Shown here piece after piece: positions 62,504 to 64,000 of a stretch of 64,000 nt of DNA. Location: the NCBI RefSeq assembly GCF_902713615.1, contig NC_052150.1, positions 98,941,441 through 99,005,440 of the forward strand. Reading direction: 5' to 3'. The translations under genes and the position numbers were made by a program. The notes beneath the pieces are model-generated. The model had not been told where the DNA came from. It saw nothing but the letters and a program-made list of their open reading frames with translations, and searched no databases. Numbering within the stretch: position 1 is the first letter of the stretch; each line of letters opens with the position of its first letter. Source of the stretch: Scyliorhinus canicula. Its lineage: Eukaryota.

Positions 62504-62726
62504 CAGCTGTTTTCACAGGAATTTTCACATGTAGGGCAAACTTCACACAAATGGCCAGATGCTCTGGATTCAGTGCAATGACATCTACCACAGATACATG
62601 CCCCTCTTCCACTGCAGATTTGACCCTGCCCTGTCCTGCAGGGCATGAGGGATGATGAACAGTTACAGCTTTCACCTTCCCAGCCGGCGTAGCATTGGCA
62701 TTCCCCTCCTTTACACTCACCATTGC
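62504..62726 (-). CDS. ITGB8: Integrin beta-8, cysteine-rich I-EGF exon
   Basis: gtttcag|GNGECKGGECQCYAGWEGESCNC...CSGRGACICGRCHC...GHLCEVCPTCENSCENSW|gtat; 223 nt; earlier exons lie beyond the window. Confidence 0.95.
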
Positions 62727-63108
62727 CTGAAACAATTAAGAGACACATTAAAGTTCCAGAACACTGATTAAACAGGCATGCCAGATCTTAATTTGTTGGC
62801 TGTAGTCAAACACACAAATTCACCAGAATCAACTTCATTCATAGGTCACCTCATAGACATTCACTCTGATTTAATGACAGTGTCAGGTTTCAGATATAGT
62901 TACATTTCCCAGGAGACTGTGTGAAAACACCATGAAAACAAATTTTGTGAAATATCGGCACTTGAAATTTTATTTATTGGATTATGGTAAAATCATATTT
63001 TTATGTAAAACATTTACAAACGCAGCTACTTCGTTTGAAACCATCATTGTGGATATGTTACCAAATTATCAAATGTTTTCCTGGCAGGCAACTATATAGT
63101 TCATTTAT

Positions 63109-63334
63109 TTTTTTTTTTAAACTTAGAGTGCCCAATTCATTTTTTCCAATTAAGGGGCAATTTAGCGTGGCCAATCCACCTAGCCTGCACATCTTTGGGT
63201 TGTGGGGGCGAAACCCACGCAAACACGGGGAGAACGAGCAAACGCCACACGGCAGTGACCCAGAGCCGGGATTGAACCTGGGACCTCAGCGCCGTGAGGC
63301 AACAGGGCTAACCCACTGCGCCACCGTGCTGCCC
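63109..63334 (-). mobile_element. Short V-SINE variant with poly(A) tail
   Basis: 15-bp TSD ATATAGTTCATTTAT (63094-63108 and 63336-63350). Confidence 0.92.
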
Positions 63335-63856
63335 AATATAGTTCATTTATAATGCACATGTGAATCACCTCAGGACATATTATTGCTCCAAATAAAGGCT
63401 CTAAATAAATAAGTTGTTCATGCTTCAGTTCCTGTGGATTTTCTTTGAAATTATAATTTCTGTTGAAGGTAAGGCTGGAGGATGAGGTTCTCAGTGGGAA
63501 TTCCAGCCAGCCAAATCCAAGCCCCCCCATCACCCCCCCCCCTCTCTCAAATGTACATGCAGCAAGCATCCTTAACTTTCAGGAAGGCAGAAGTGGGGCC
63601 CATCAGACTCTGATTGGTTTTCTTGCAGAAGCCAGTCACAAAACAGGTAGCTCCTGTAAAGAAAGTGACTCTTATGGAAAAGTTCAATCTTTGTTAATTT
63701 CCTCTTCTGCCTGCTCTGATCCCTCAAAATTTCTAGATATAGCATTTGCGCGATGCCAGCTATCCTGAGACAAAGAATTCCCACACTGTCATTGTCATAC
63801 CAGCTGTTCAGGACATTCATGTTATTGGGTTCTGTGTTACTGAGATCAAACACACA

Positions 63857-64000
63857 GGACTGAATTCTCCGCTGTTGGGGTACTCCATTCTGCCGGCAGC
63901 CCGGGGGTGTCCTGACGGCGTGGGGCTGCCCCACAATGGGACACCCTGGGCTGGATTCTCCTCCGGTGGGATGCTCCGTTTTCCCGGCAGTCCGTGGGGT
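63857..64000 (+). mobile_element. Two related Harbinger-type MITE 5' ends, one apparently nested in the other
   Basis: GGACTGAATTCTCC at 63857 and GGGCTGGATTCTCC at 63948, each followed by similar sequence (CTCC.TT.T.CCGGCAG.CCG.GGG); cut off by the window edge. Confidence 0.65.

Noticed and set aside
12816-63334. tRNA genes and recurring short peptides (MANPPNLHIFGLWEETG, MWSLHILPV)
   Set aside because: All are heads or translations of SINE copies; no complete tRNA cloverleaf seen.

Overview
Repeat-dense vertebrate genomic DNA, most likely from a shark or other elasmobranch (inferred from HE1/V-SINE-type SINEs and the mix of CR1, L2, L1/Tx1, Penelope, Gypsy and Harbinger elements). One host gene is visible: the last four coding exons of integrin beta-8 (ITGB8) on the minus strand (62726 to 46972), followed by a probably long AT-rich 3' UTR reaching about 40.7 kb. 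Positions 1-39 kb are almost entirely nested transposable elements. The most notable signals are: (i) three same-orientation CTCF-like sites with upstream motifs at an exact 55-bp period inside a Gypsy element (14573-14737); (ii) a full-length Gypsy provirus with no tRNA-type PBS, where the sequence next to the 5' LTR is complementary to the LTR's own poly(A) signal; (iii) a 1.13-kb inverted templated insertion with fold-back and microhomology junctions; (iv) a second, 57-bp templated insertion; (v) minimal Penelope hammerhead motifs, one in the sense strand of an ITGB8 intron; and (vi) a V-SINE core carrying three different tails. Everything was read by eye, so boundaries of decayed elements are approximate and family names come from motif recognition, not database searches.
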